Assembly (NCBI RefSeq): GCF_041146345.1
Contig: NW_027191414.1
Span: 1,178,001 to 1,242,000 of the forward strand
Source: Neodothiora populina
Lineage: Eukaryota
Direction: 5' to 3'
Length of the DNA stretch: 64,000 nt
Part shown: piece by piece, positions 50,058 through 60,950 of the stretch
Position numbering within the stretch: position 1 is the first letter of the stretch
Layout: every line of letters begins with the position of its first letter
Notes under the pieces: model-generated
What the model saw: the letters and a program-made list of their open reading frames with translations, nothing else
What the model was told of the DNA's origin: nothing
Databases searched by the model: none
Made by a program: the position numbers and the translations under genes

Positions 50058-51014
50058 ATGGGCAACGACGGAGGCTCCATCCCGACCCGCCGCGAACTGG
50101 TCAAGGAAGCAGCGCGCAACCCAACCACGACCGAACTCAAGGCCACCCAGCTCGAGTCACAAGCGCACAACTGGACCCACGACCCTCTGAACCACCAACC
50201 GCTCGCCAAGCCAGTCGTCAGCGACAGCAACGGTCGTCTCTACAACAAAGACAGCATCCTCGAGTTTCTGCTGCCCAGCGAGGAAGACGGCGCCGACGAG
50301 GGCGCCAGAGCGCGCAGAGAAGAGAAGGAGAGAGTCATCAGGGGCGCCGTCAGATCGTTGAAGGACGTCGTCGAGGTCCGCTTCGAGGTTGACGAGGACG
50401 AGACGAAGAGACTGGACGTCGGCCAGAGCTGGAAGTGCCCGATCACTTCTTCGCGGCTGGGTCCAGCCACCAAGGCCGTCTATCTCGTCCCCTGCGGCCA
50501 CGCTTTCTCTGCTGCCGCCATCAAAGAAGTCGCCTTGTCGACGACTGCTCCAACCAAAGGCGGCAATTGCTCGGTCTGCGACGTCGAATACGCCCAAAAC
50601 GACGTCATCCCCGTCTTGCCCGTCAAGGAAGAAGACATTGCCAGACTCTTGCTCCGAGCCAAGACGCTGAGGGAGGAGGGCTTGACTCACAGTCTGAAAA
50701 AGGCCGCCAGGGACAAGTCGAGCAAGAAGCGCAAGGCTCGCGCTGCCCATGTCGATTCTGCATCTGCAACCCCAGCAGCAATCACAATAAACCCAGAGGC
50801 AGACATTGCACCATCTGCCACGAACATCAGAAACTCGTCGACCGCCTCCCTCACCGCAAAAGTCATGGCCGAGCAAGAAGCAAACAAGAAGCGCAGATTG
50901 GGCAATTCCAACCTCAACGCCCTCTTCTCTTCCAGAGATCCCACCCAGCCCAGCGGCCGCAGTGGCGACTTTATGACCCGAGGTTTCGACATTCCCGCTT
51001 CCGCTCGGCGATAG
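50058..51014 (+). CDS. RTF2: Replication termination factor 2 (Rtf2/DUF602)
   Basis: Signature N-terminus MGNDGGSIPTRRELVK, GRLYNKDSILEFL, SLKDVVE, CPIT..YLVPCGHAF..CSVC RING-like motif. Confidence 0.92.
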   Translation: MGNDGGSIPTRRELVKEAARNPTTTELKATQLESQAHNWTHDPLNHQPLAKPVVSDSNGRLYNKDSILEFLLPSEEDGADEGARARREEKERVIRGAVRSLKDVVEVRFEVDEDETKRLDVGQSWKCPITSSRLGPATKAVYLVPCGHAFSAAAIKEVALSTTAPTKGGNCSVCDVEYAQNDVIPVLPVKEEDIARLLLRAKTLREEGLTHSLKKAARDKSSKKRKARAAHVDSASATPAAITINPEADIAPSATNIRNSSTASLTAKVMAEQEANKKRRLGNSNLNALFSSRDPTQPSGRSGDFMTRGFDIPASARR

Positions 51015-51270
51015 TATTTGTTCTTTGTCTGCCTCTTTTTTCTTTCTCGTTTTTCCTTTTGCATATATGATACCCCCGAAAACCTTTGTTCTTTCCTTCT
51101 GTCTTCGCAGTGACTCGATATAGCCAGACAAATATCAAATACGGGCGTGCATGTTGTTGCCTCACTTCAAGCCCGCTTCTGCTTTTCTCTCAGCAATGTT
51201 TGCCCAATATGGAAGGCGCGACAACCAATAGGAACCAGCCCTTCTCTTCCCTGCTTCCACTTTCTGATCA

Positions 51271-51513
51271 ATCGTCTCCGTCGTTCACACCCGTCACCTG
51301 CTTACAACTTCTGTCTCTCGAGAGACAACTGATTACACACATAGGTCACTCACTTCTAGTCAAGTTCATTCCATGTCATGCTTGCTTGATCATCTGGAAG
51401 GAAATAAAACGTTCAGTTCTTATGTTTGGTATATGTGCAATCAATCCCTCTTCTAGTATATCGTCTCCGTCGTTTACATGCCATCACCCTCTTACAACTT
51501 CTGTCTCTCGAGA
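51271..51513. repeat. Imperfect ~54-bp direct duplication (51271-51323 and 51460-51513) including the choline oxidase stop codon
   Basis: ATCGTCTCCGTCGTT..CTTACAACTTCTGTCTCTCGAGA occurs twice, ~190 bp apart. Confidence 0.85.
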
Positions 51514-53120
51514 CCCTTCCAGCCCCACTGCTGGGCAACCATCTCAGCACACCTCTCGCCAATGGCAAGAACTGTGAGCATGGGGTTGATGGTAGGCATG
51601 TCGGGGAACACACCGGCATCGGCGATACGCAGGTTCTTGAATCCCTTGACCTTGAGCTGCGGGTCGACGACGGCGTACTCGTCCTTGGTCACATCACCCA
51701 TCTTGGTCGTTCCGGCAGGGTGGTACACGGTGTGTGCGACGCTGCGGCCGTAGGCGGACAGCTCCTCGTCGGTCTGGCATGAAGGGCCGGGGGCCACCTC
51801 GCGCTTGATCCAGTCCTTGAAGGGAGCCTGCTCGGCGACCTTGCGGGCAGCCTTGAAGCCTGCGACAATGGTGGCCGCGTCGTATCCCTCTGGGTCGGTG
51901 AAGTAGCGGAAGTCGAGAGCAGGCTTGACCGACGGGTCGGCCGAGACGAGGTACAGACGACCGCGGGAGCGTGGGCGAGGGATGTTGGGGGTCATGCAGA
52001 AGGCGTCGATGGGAGTGTCGAAACCCATGCGTGCCGTGTTGAGGCAGAAGGGGATCTGGTAGCAGTGCATCATGATGTCTGCGTTCTCGCCATCCTCGCC
52101 GGCGGCGTTGGCAGCCTCACGACGGAGGAACACACCGGCGTCCGAGTCCATGGTGGTCTGGTTGGCGGGCACGGGCTTGTTCAGCTCCCACATGATGATG
52201 GTCTCGGGGTGGTCGAGCAGGTTCTCGCCAACACCAGGAAGATCCTTGACGACTGGGATCTTGTAGGAAGAAAGCTGGTCCTTGGGACCGATACCAGACA
52301 AAAGCATCAGACGAGGAGTGTCAATGGCACCAGCGCAGAGAATGGTCTCGCAGTTGGCTGACAGGACGTGCTTGCTGCCGTCTTGAAGAGTCATGTCGAT
52401 GCCAGAGACCTTGTCGGCGCTGGTGTTGATCTTGCTGACCCAGGCGTTGGTGAGAACAGTCAGGTTGTTGCGCTTCTCCGATCCGCGGAGGATGGGGTGA
52501 ATGTACGCAACGGAAGCACTGCTCCTGCGACCGTCATCGGGGTTGTAGGAGACGGAGAAGAAACCCACTCCCTCCTTGAAACCACCCTTCTGCTTGATGG
52601 TCTTGTTGAAGTCGTGGATGACCGGGATATCAAGAGCGGTGCTGCAAGACTCGACCCAGTCGAGGCAGAGCTGGTTCCTGTGGCGTTCGTGCACAGGAGT
52701 GATGTTGTTACGGAGGTTGTCGAGCAGGCGAGTGAAGGTCTTGAAGTCCCAGCCCTTGCAGCCCTTCTTCTCCCAGATCTTGCAGTCGTACTCGAAGGGA
52801 CGGAAAGAGATGAGGGTGTTGTGTGACGAGCATCCACCTAGCACTTTGGCGCGCGAGTGTCTGATGTGCGAGTTACCCATGGGCTGCTCCGTCGTGGGGT
52901 AGTCGTAGTCGAGCTCCCCACCGAGGAGGTTGAGCCATTCCTTGAGCAAAAGGACGCGGTCATCCATGAAGTCTGAAGGACCAGCCTCGATGAGAAGCAC
53001 GTTCTTCTCGGGAAGGTACTCGGAGAGTCTGCTTGCAATGACACATCCTGCAGTGCCACCGCCAACAATGACAAAGTCAAAGTACTTCTCGGGGTTCTTG
53101 GGAAGGTGGGTGGTGGTCAT
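51492..53120 (-). CDS. codA: Choline oxidase (GMC oxidoreductase), 542 aa, intronless
   Basis: FDFVIVGGGTAG FAD motif, HIRHSRAKVLGGCSSHNTLISF (covalent-FAD His region), GVGENLLDHPE, HTVYHPAGTTKMG, ADAGVFP..INPMLTV. Divergent from a betaine aldehyde dehydrogenase. Confidence 0.92.
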   Translation of the reverse strand: MTTTHLPKNPEKYFDFVIVGGGTAGCVIASRLSEYLPEKNVLLIEAGPSDFMDDRVLLLKEWLNLLGGELDYDYPTTEQPMGNSHIRHSRAKVLGGCSSHNTLISFRPFEYDCKIWEKKGCKGWDFKTFTRLLDNLRNNITPVHERHRNQLCLDWVESCSTALDIPVIHDFNKTIKQKGGFKEGVGFFSVSYNPDDGRRSSASVAYIHPILRGSEKRNNLTVLTNAWVSKINTSADKVSGIDMTLQDGSKHVLSANCETILCAGAIDTPRLMLLSGIGPKDQLSSYKIPVVKDLPGVGENLLDHPETIIMWELNKPVPANQTTMDSDAGVFLRREAANAAGEDGENADIMMHCYQIPFCLNTARMGFDTPIDAFCMTPNIPRPRSRGRLYLVSADPSVKPALDFRYFTDPEGYDAATIVAGFKAARKVAEQAPFKDWIKREVAPGPSCQTDEELSAYGRSVAHTVYHPAGTTKMGDVTKDEYAVVDPQLKVKGFKNLRIADAGVFPDMPTINPMLTVLAIGERCAEMVAQQWGWKGLERQKL

Positions 53121-54615
53121 GATTGCGGTTTTATGGTACAGAAAGACCGGCACACGCTTGTTCTAATCAAATCACCAGACAGACGCTCACACACGACTAC
53201 TACTACCAAGCAGCAAAGGTATGTGAGAAAAAGATTATACAGACAATTGGCCCCGACAAGAAAAGAAGTTGGTCAAGGGAATCAAACCGCGAGGCGCTGG
53301 AGTACGAGGTGGGAGCGAGGCGAATCAAGTACTAAACCCGTTCACGATCTGGGTACCTAAGCTTTGTACAAGCACAGATATCTCTCTCCTCTCACTCGCT
53401 CACTCTCTCTGGAACTCTGGAGGACCCACCGTTGGAGAGAACGGTCTTCTTGCTCCAGGTTGGGAACCTTAGGGTGAGACGAAGAGCTCGGCCTCCGTCA
53501 GAGGCTAGCTACCGCAAGGTGCCTTGCTGTACTGTACCAGCCCGCCCGCTATCATATCACGCCTCGAACTTGAATCAGAGATTTCTACTTCGAGGGGAAA
53601 AGCGTCCGGGCTTTGCCGTCATCCGTCCATTGAGCTTTTTTTTTGTGCACCCCCAAGCCGAAGAGTCGCATCGCGGCGCAGGCGAGCCACGCGCAATGCG
53701 GGCGGCCATGTGCTTCGGCAGCATTAAGCACATAGCGTCGCGCAAGGTGAGTGAGTGTGTGTGAGTCTGCTGCAGTCTTATCAATTCAACGCGATTCGTC
53801 TTGATCTGACTCGTACCAGCCTCTTTCTCGCATACAGGACTTGGTTTTGTTCTTTTTCTATGACATTGGAAAACTTACTTTTTCGCCGACGAACCAATCA
53901 CGATGCGGTTGGTCAAATCTCGGCCCATGCAGGTTCCGTCCGATCCCTGGTCTTAGCGCCGATTCGTGCAATCGCAGGCTCGTAAGGGATTACAACGAGT
54001 CCCCGTGTGTTTCTGTATGTACGGCACTCTGTTCATGCAGTGTGGGAACGAGAAAGCCCGTGGCGCTCGCCCTGCCGATAGTAAATCACAGATTATCTCA
54101 AGTACCTTATGCAGATGTCATGAGAGATTTGACGCACAGATTGCAAATGATTATGTTCCTGACACGAGAAGCGCGGGCGAACCACGACGACGAACGGCGT
54201 ATGGAAGCTTTTTCCATAAATGGGACTGATGAGCCTTTCCCTCTCGCAGGTGAACCGAGTGTTTATCTGCCCTGTGTCTATCTGACTATCTATCAATAAT
54301 TTTCCATGTCATAGAGGCCAAAAAGGAAAAGGTAAAGATTACAGAAATGAAGATACTGTACATAAATCTAGCTACATGATGGTATTGTTGTTGTTCTACA
54401 ATACTGCACCTTGCCTTGTAACATAGATCACCTTGATGGCCTGATCCAGGGGAGTCAACAGAGAGCAAGAAGAAGAGTAGAACGAAAAGCCCGAAAACGT
54501 CTTCAACGACTCCAAAAGTCGTGTCAGATGGCTACAGTAAATGTTCTATTCGCCTATGATACTATTCCCATTAGAAGGAAGCCTTCCTGTGTCTTACTGT
54601 ATCCTTCTCTCGCGC

Positions 54616-54650
54616 TACAGTACAGTACAGTACAGTACAGTACAGTACAG
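54616..54650. repeat. (TACAG)x7 pentamer repeat
   Basis: Perfect tandem array in the codA-betB intergenic region. Confidence 0.9.
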
Positions 54651-55965
54651 AACCCACCTTTTGGGGTCTTTCTTTACGCTCGACGCTAGATACTGCTGTT
54701 CTGGGGCAAACTTCCCCTCAAGCTCTGAAGAGGAAACACACGCCATCCATCCCCCTTCCGTCGCCTGTCGCCGTCGTCATCGCTTTTTGCCTGTCGAGAT
54801 TGTGCTTTGGTTGTTGCGGTTCTCTACCGATATTGTGCCTCGTAAGGCTAGACTGCGTCCATTTCCCTTGCATCAAAGCTACTGATACGGTAGTCACAGT
54901 ACTGTACCTTGCTATCACATGCTTTTTTCCTAGTCGCAGTAGAGACTCAGAGGGTACTAATCACCTAGCGAATTGTCGTTGTTCAACGATAATGAGCTGG
55001 ACGGCTGAATGGATAAGGTCGCTACAGCGCAGTTACACTAAAACGATCGCAATTGTATCTACTCGAGTAATGCTTATCTTCCCGACCACTTACTAGCAAA
55101 AAAAAAAAAGATGTCATCCCACCCTGCCCCTGCTGCTGTTCCTGGTTATCTTTACGAAATCGCACAATGTGGGCTAATGATCCAGGCTCCGGCTGCCGCG
55201 CGCGCCGGGGAATTGTATGTGCGGCTGCACTACTGCTGCTGTACTTGTGTGTAATAATGCGGCGTAGAAGTGAACTGTATGTGGTCCGGGTTTTACTAAT
55301 TACTGTGTTTTGCTGCAGCGGAACAGACCAGATTCGGTTCGGTTTGGTTCAGCTGCTTGATCTTGGTGCTCGCAGAAGCACAGGCCGGCGAGCGAGGAAC
55401 AGAGCAGTAGGGTGTCTCGAGAAGGGCAAACCGTTTTCCTTGGACACTACTATCTGAGGTATCTTGACTACGCTGTTTATGTCACGAGTGAGGATGAATT
55501 GTTGGTGGCGCTGTTAGATGGATGCTGTTGTTGTGCTGCTCTTTCTACACTGTATTCGTGTCTTGTATCCTGGAGACCCCGGACTGACTCGGGTTTCTTT
55601 GCTCTGCTGCTTTTTTCTTTTCTTGGTTTCGCCGAGATTCTGGAAAAAAAAAAGTGCTAAGCTTGGATTGTGGGTGTGTTTCTCTGTTTTACTGTACCAG
55701 TGTCTATCGGTGTGTACGGACAGAAAGCATCGAGTAACGTAACGAGTACCCTTGGCTTTTCACTACTACTAGATTGGCTTCATCTCTTGACGTCCCACTT
55801 CCCTCTTATCCCCCACCATAACCTGTCTGTTGATTGATTCGGTGTACCGCTTGGTTTCTTGTTTCATCTTTCTCTTTCGCCACTGCAATCAATTCAGTTA
55901 CCGACGGCCATTCTCGTATAGACAAAGGATATCCTGCTTGTGTGGGACAGATCGTAGACAGCCAA

Positions 55966-55967
<2 letters not shown>

Positions 55968-55996
<29 letters not shown>
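55968..55996. repeat. (GTA)n trinucleotide repeat just upstream of the betB start
   Basis: About ten GTA units. Confidence 0.9.
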
Positions 55997-56009
55997 TTGT
56001 TCTGTCATC

Positions 56010-57500
56010 ATGTCTTATCCTACTCGGCAACTCTACTATGCCGGCAAGCACCAGCCCGCAACATCAAACAAGATATTCCAGACAGTCGACCCGGCAACTT
56101 CAAAGTCTCTGGGAGATGTGCAACAAGCAGCACCCTCGGACATTGACTCGGCCATTGCCTCTGCGCAAGAAGCTTTCCCGGTATGGTCGACCATGAGCCC
56201 CATGGAGCGTTCGCGCATCCTTTTGAAGGCTGTCGCTCTGCTGCGTGAGCGCAACGACGCCCTCGCAACAGTGGAGACTCACGACACAGGCAAGCCCTTC
56301 ACCGAGACCAGCACCGTGGACGTCGTCACCGGCGCCGATGTGCTGGAGTACTATGCCGCTCTCATCGCCTCTGGCGGGCTCGATGGCGAAACCACCCGTC
56401 TCCGCCCAGACGCATGGGTCTACACGACCAAGAACGCCCTGGGCGTCTGCGCAGGCATCGGAGCCTGGAACTATCCCATTCAAATCGCGCTCTGGAAGTC
56501 CGCTCCGTGTCTCGCGGCAGGTAACTGCATGGTCTACAAGCCATCGGAATTCACTCCTCTGCACGCCAACCTCCTGGCGGAAGTCTACACCGAGGCCGGC
56601 GTGCCCCCCGGTGTATTCAACGTCGTCCACGGCGCAGGAGACGTCGGCGCATACCTGACGTCGCACCCATCGATTGCCAAAGTCAGCTTCACAGGCCAAG
56701 TATCCACGGGCTCCAAGGTTGCCGCATCGGCAGCAGGCGGCATGAAATACGTAACGATGGAGCTCGGCGGCAAATCACCCCTCGTGATCCTGCCCGACTG
56801 CGAGGTCGAAAACGCCGTCGACGGCGCCATGATGGCCAATTTCTTCTCGACCGGCCAAGTGTGCACAAACGGCACGCGCGTCTTCGTGCCGCGCAGCATG
56901 CTGCCGGACTTCGAAAAAGTCCTGCTCTCGAAAATGCCCAACGTGCGCTCGGGCGACGTCTTCGCGCCATCGACAAACTTCGGCCCCCTCGTCTCAAAAG
57001 TCCACTACGAGAAAGTCCTCGCCTACATCCGCCACGGCATCGACTCCGACAAGGCCAAACTCATCCACGGCGGCGCGGACCCGGCCTCCCCCAAGGGCGC
57101 CAACAGCGCCGGCTTCTGGGTCCAACCCACCGTCTTCACAAACTGCACGGACAGCATGAAAATCACGCGCGAAGAGATCTTCGGGCCCGTCATGTGCATC
57201 CTGCCCTACGACGACGTCGAAGAAGCCGTCACGCGCGCAAACGACACGCCCATGGGTCTCGCCGCCGGCGTCTTCACAAAGGACGTCAACGCCGCGCATA
57301 AAGTCGTCGAGCGCCTGCAGGCCGGCATCACATGGGTTAACACCTGGGGCGAGTCGCCGGCGGAAATGCCTGTCGGTGGGTGGAAACTTAGCGGTGTCGG
57401 CGTTGAGAATGGACGCAAGGGGCTTGAGGCGTGGGTTAAGAATAAGAGCACCCTCGTTGAGATGGGCGGTATTGTCGGGACCGTGTTTAGTAAGTTGTAG
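56010..57500 (+). CDS. betB: Betaine aldehyde dehydrogenase, 496 aa, intronless, ends in SKL
   Basis: ETSTVDVVTGADVLEYYA, GIGAWNYPIQIALWKSAP, MELGGKSP (catalytic Glu), FFSTGQVCTNGTRV (catalytic Cys), NTWGESPAEMPVGG. These are BetB-type motifs. Confidence 0.93.
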   Translation: MSYPTRQLYYAGKHQPATSNKIFQTVDPATSKSLGDVQQAAPSDIDSAIASAQEAFPVWSTMSPMERSRILLKAVALLRERNDALATVETHDTGKPFTETSTVDVVTGADVLEYYAALIASGGLDGETTRLRPDAWVYTTKNALGVCAGIGAWNYPIQIALWKSAPCLAAGNCMVYKPSEFTPLHANLLAEVYTEAGVPPGVFNVVHGAGDVGAYLTSHPSIAKVSFTGQVSTGSKVAASAAGGMKYVTMELGGKSPLVILPDCEVENAVDGAMMANFFSTGQVCTNGTRVFVPRSMLPDFEKVLLSKMPNVRSGDVFAPSTNFGPLVSKVHYEKVLAYIRHGIDSDKAKLIHGGADPASPKGANSAGFWVQPTVFTNCTDSMKITREEIFGPVMCILPYDDVEEAVTRANDTPMGLAAGVFTKDVNAAHKVVERLQAGITWVNTWGESPAEMPVGGWKLSGVGVENGRKGLEAWVKNKSTLVEMGGIVGTVFSKL

Positions 57501-57507
57501 GTCGACG

Positions 57508-57547
<40 letters not shown>

Positions 57548-57640
57548 AGCTGTCGATCGGGTGTTTTTGGGTTGCTGGGGGCGTGTCTGGATCTTGCGTT
57601 TGCGCGTTTGCTTTGGTGTCGTGGATGCGCCATGGTCTGC

Positions 57641-57676
<36 letters not shown>
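57508..57676. repeat. (GCT)n and (GCTT)n microsatellites in the betB 3' region
   Basis: GCT run ~57508-57547 and GCTT run ~57643-57676. Confidence 0.9.
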
Positions 57677-57677
<1 letters not shown>

Positions 57678-58032
57678 CTAACGGGAGTATTCCCATTATA
57701 TTTACACAGATATACACAGAAAACAGAAACGCAAACAAATTCGAAACACAACAGGATTTCATTGGTCGTACGAGTGGATTTTCTTACATTTATCGTCTTC
57801 ATCAAACGTCAAAGCTAGATCGATGAACATGACTAATACTGTCCAGTCGGTCCCGTGGATATACAGGTCAAGTTCATTCCGTTCTCGCTACCGTGCTATC
57901 CTACTACTAATCGCCTTGACCACTTCATCTGGGATATACAACCACAACCACTCCTACAAGATCGAGTGCTCTATGCCTGTCCTGTGTGTTTGCACACTTT
58001 CTCCCAAGACGACGAAGAATGTCAAGCGAAGA

Positions 58033-60822
58033 TCATTCTCTGACCCTCCTCAGTCGCTCCTGAGTATAAGAAACGTTGCAAGCCTCCACTCGGCGGATAT
58101 TCTTCTGGTCCAGCTGGACCAGCTCGAAGTTCTTTGGGAGTTGTTGGTGCCCGCTGTAGGACGTTAGTTTGTAAGTTCTCGGGAGGGGGGCTGGAGGAGG
58201 ATGAAACAGGGCTACTCACCACAGATAGTCCACCTTCATGTTCCTCGCTTTGTCTTTCAAATCGCCCTGTGACCGCTCAGACAAGATTCCCTCGGTGTCG
58301 TAGCTCTTGATCAGCGTCCAACTGCACCCGACCTCGCCGATCAAACTGATCAGAGTCTCGATTTCCTCGGCCGACCATGGTTTGCGCTGTCGAGCGGGTT
58401 TGATGTCTACGACTCTTGTTCGTGCGTTGATCTTGGCGGCGTGGTTGGCTAGCTGGTAAGATTGCGCTGCTGTCAGGGGGGGCGGCTCTTCGCCGTCCGC
58501 GACGAATGGGATCGGGAGCGGTTCGATGAGTTGGCCCGGGTTCCTGCGTGCTGACGACGGATAAGATGAATGCGATGGAAGCGGTGATCCCTGGGCAGTT
58601 GATCTTCGAGGAGAGATTTCTGCTGGTGGTGGTGTAGTCGTGACACGTGCGGCAGGTCTGCGCGTAGATGCCAGCAGACGCGCACGCTTGGTGACGGGCT
58701 GTCGATGGTCGTATTGGAAGCCTTCATCCTCGCTTGGATCTTCTTCGGCGTTTGCAGCTTCCCAGGTACGTTTTGACGGACTGCGAGTCTGTGTCTGTTG
58801 CGCTGCAGGTAACAAGTTCCTCGGTCGTCGGAACTGCGGTGACCCTGGAAGAGCTTGAGAGTCTTCGGTCCATTCGATTCTTCTCCCGTCTGCTTGGGGA
58901 TCCAACAAGCTTTTCTTGGCGGCTCCTGGCTGGTTCTCTCGGTCTTTGGCCACTATGTTTCTCAACTGTGTTCGGGTGGGTGACTCGGGAGCTGTCTCCG
59001 CCACGTTTGCCACAAGTTCTATATCGTGGTAGTCAGCATCCTCTGGCGGACCTGTGGTTGTTTGCAGAGCTGTGCTAGGATGAGGTTGAACACTCAACGA
59101 TGAGGCAACTGCTTGTTGGGTGGAAGCACTTTGTCGCTGTTTCCTTCGAGCTTTCAGTGCTGCTATTCCATCAGGTGTGTACCTGGACAAAGTCAGTCGA
59201 AATAAATCATTCCCAATCTAATGCAAGACTAACCCTTTCTTGCTTTGAGCACTGGTGCTGTGTAGCAGCGACGTCTGTGTCACGTCTCGGCCATCGGCAT
59301 TCACGTCTTCCAAGGCTTTTGCATTCGGATCCAGTGCATTTCTCTGGCGTTCAAGAGCGGCGATGACAGCAGAAGAACCACCTTGACTCTGCAGCTCCGT
59401 ATCGAGCTCTCGGACGCGCTTGTCAGCCCACAACAGAGCGTCACCCAGAAAGTTGTCCCACCGAAGCTCATTTTCAATCGCTTGCAGTACCTCTTCTGGG
59501 TTAGCCACGCCTTCATCGACCTTTCTGAATGGCAGCCTCAATTTCTCGATCCACTTGATGATATGCGTGATGATTTCTTCCTGCGACATGGGGAAAATGT
59601 TCCAAGTTCTTGTATACAACTCAATACCGGACATGTCCGAAGAGATCTCTGCTTCATCAGGCAACCGAAAGAGTTTGAGAATTTCTGTTGAAGCTTCTTC
59701 GTAGGTCTTTGGCAGGACGCGATATAGGTGCATTATCGCAACCTGTATCCTGAGCCCGAGGGCAAGATTGAAAGTTTCCTTGAGCAGCTTACTGGATCCG
59801 GCAGTCGCTTCGTCGTTGTCTCGAGTAAACTCCGATACGAAAGCATCGGGGAAAACAGCGTCCTCGGCGAGAAAGGAGTCGAGAGCGCCACGATCGTTCC
59901 GATCTGCACAGGTCCATTTTGCCACCAGGTTGGCGAGGTTTGCCTTGTAAATGATGGCATGCGGTCGGCAAGTCGGATCCAAGATTTCGGTCTCGTCCCA
60001 TGTGGATAGCAGCACCTGCAGTACAAGGTCTGGGTTGGTGTACACCTGAGTGCCGAACCTACCATCTTCTTGAGCAGCGGTAAGTTTCCCGACCCTGTCT
60101 TGGACCAGTTGTCTCATGTCGGAGTGCTCGTCTGCCAGCAGGTCGACCTGATGATCAATATCTTCGTACGTAGTAGACTTAGGTATGACTGCCTCGAGGA
60201 GAGCATCTGCATGTTCCTCGACAACATTAAGAGCCTTCATCATCTGCACAGGATCCATGGCAATACGTTCAGCTTGAGTGGTAGCCACCGAGGGCGAGCT
60301 CTGCCTCCAGAGCGAGGCTCTGTGTTCTGATATCGCTTCATCACCGACAGCCTCTTCTGCAACATTTATCATGTCGTTGATGGGTTCAATTTCCGTGTCT
60401 TCAAGCACAGGCGCAAGGGCTGCGGTTTTCGTCTTAGCGATGGCTCAACCATTGACAGTAAGATACAGGCACATGTTCAAGAGAGATGTAAGTGGTGAAG
60501 ACCACCACATAGATGATAACACAACGCGACATATCCTGATGTTTTCTTTATACGCAGCACTTGCGATTCGTAATGCAGGAAACGACTTACCCATCGCTGC
60601 CTCCTGACGCGCTGAGCGCCTAGTCTTCGGCTTCGTCTTAAGAGAATCGTCATCTTTAGCTCTCACAGTCGATGGATGTGGTCGTGGTTCGACGCTGGCC
60701 GAACGAGAGCGGCTTCGCGTCACGCGTGCCGTCACAACAGAAGCTTGACGCGTCTCACGTGCTGAAGTGCTCGCCTTTGCAGGAGGAGTAGCCCTGCCGG
60801 TATATGGCTGTATATCAGCCAT
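58033..60822 (-). CDS. Telomeric-repeat-binding Myb/telobox protein (Taz1/TRF-like). Exons 60822-60591, 60419-59234, 59182-58220, 58153-58033.
   Basis: Single C-terminal Myb RKPWSAEEIETLISLIGEVGCSWTLIK..RSQGDLKDKARNMKVDYL (telobox LKDKxRN), helical central domain, and three canonical introns that keep frame. Confidence 0.8.
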
Positions 60823-60936
60823 GCTGATGGCTTTTGGTCAGCGATGTGATTATATAATCCACGACGCGATCAAGGTAGGTCTCAGAGTGAAGTAAAGGTG
60901 AGTAGATACAAGTGATGGTGATCAGGAAATGGGAGC

Positions 60937-60950
60937 TTAGGGTTAGGGTT
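60937..60950 (+). promoter_or_regulatory. Interstitial telomeric repeat TTAGGGTTAGGGTT ~115 bp upstream of the telobox gene
   Basis: Sequence seen directly; function inferred. Confidence 0.45.

Noticed and set aside
50157..51131. 324-aa minus-strand ORF
   Set aside because: Antisense to RTF2 with no recognisable motif.
60937..60950. AACCCTAACCCTAA (minus strand) as a telomerase RNA template
   Set aside because: The downstream sequence is the protein-coding gene, and no pseudoknot context is evident.
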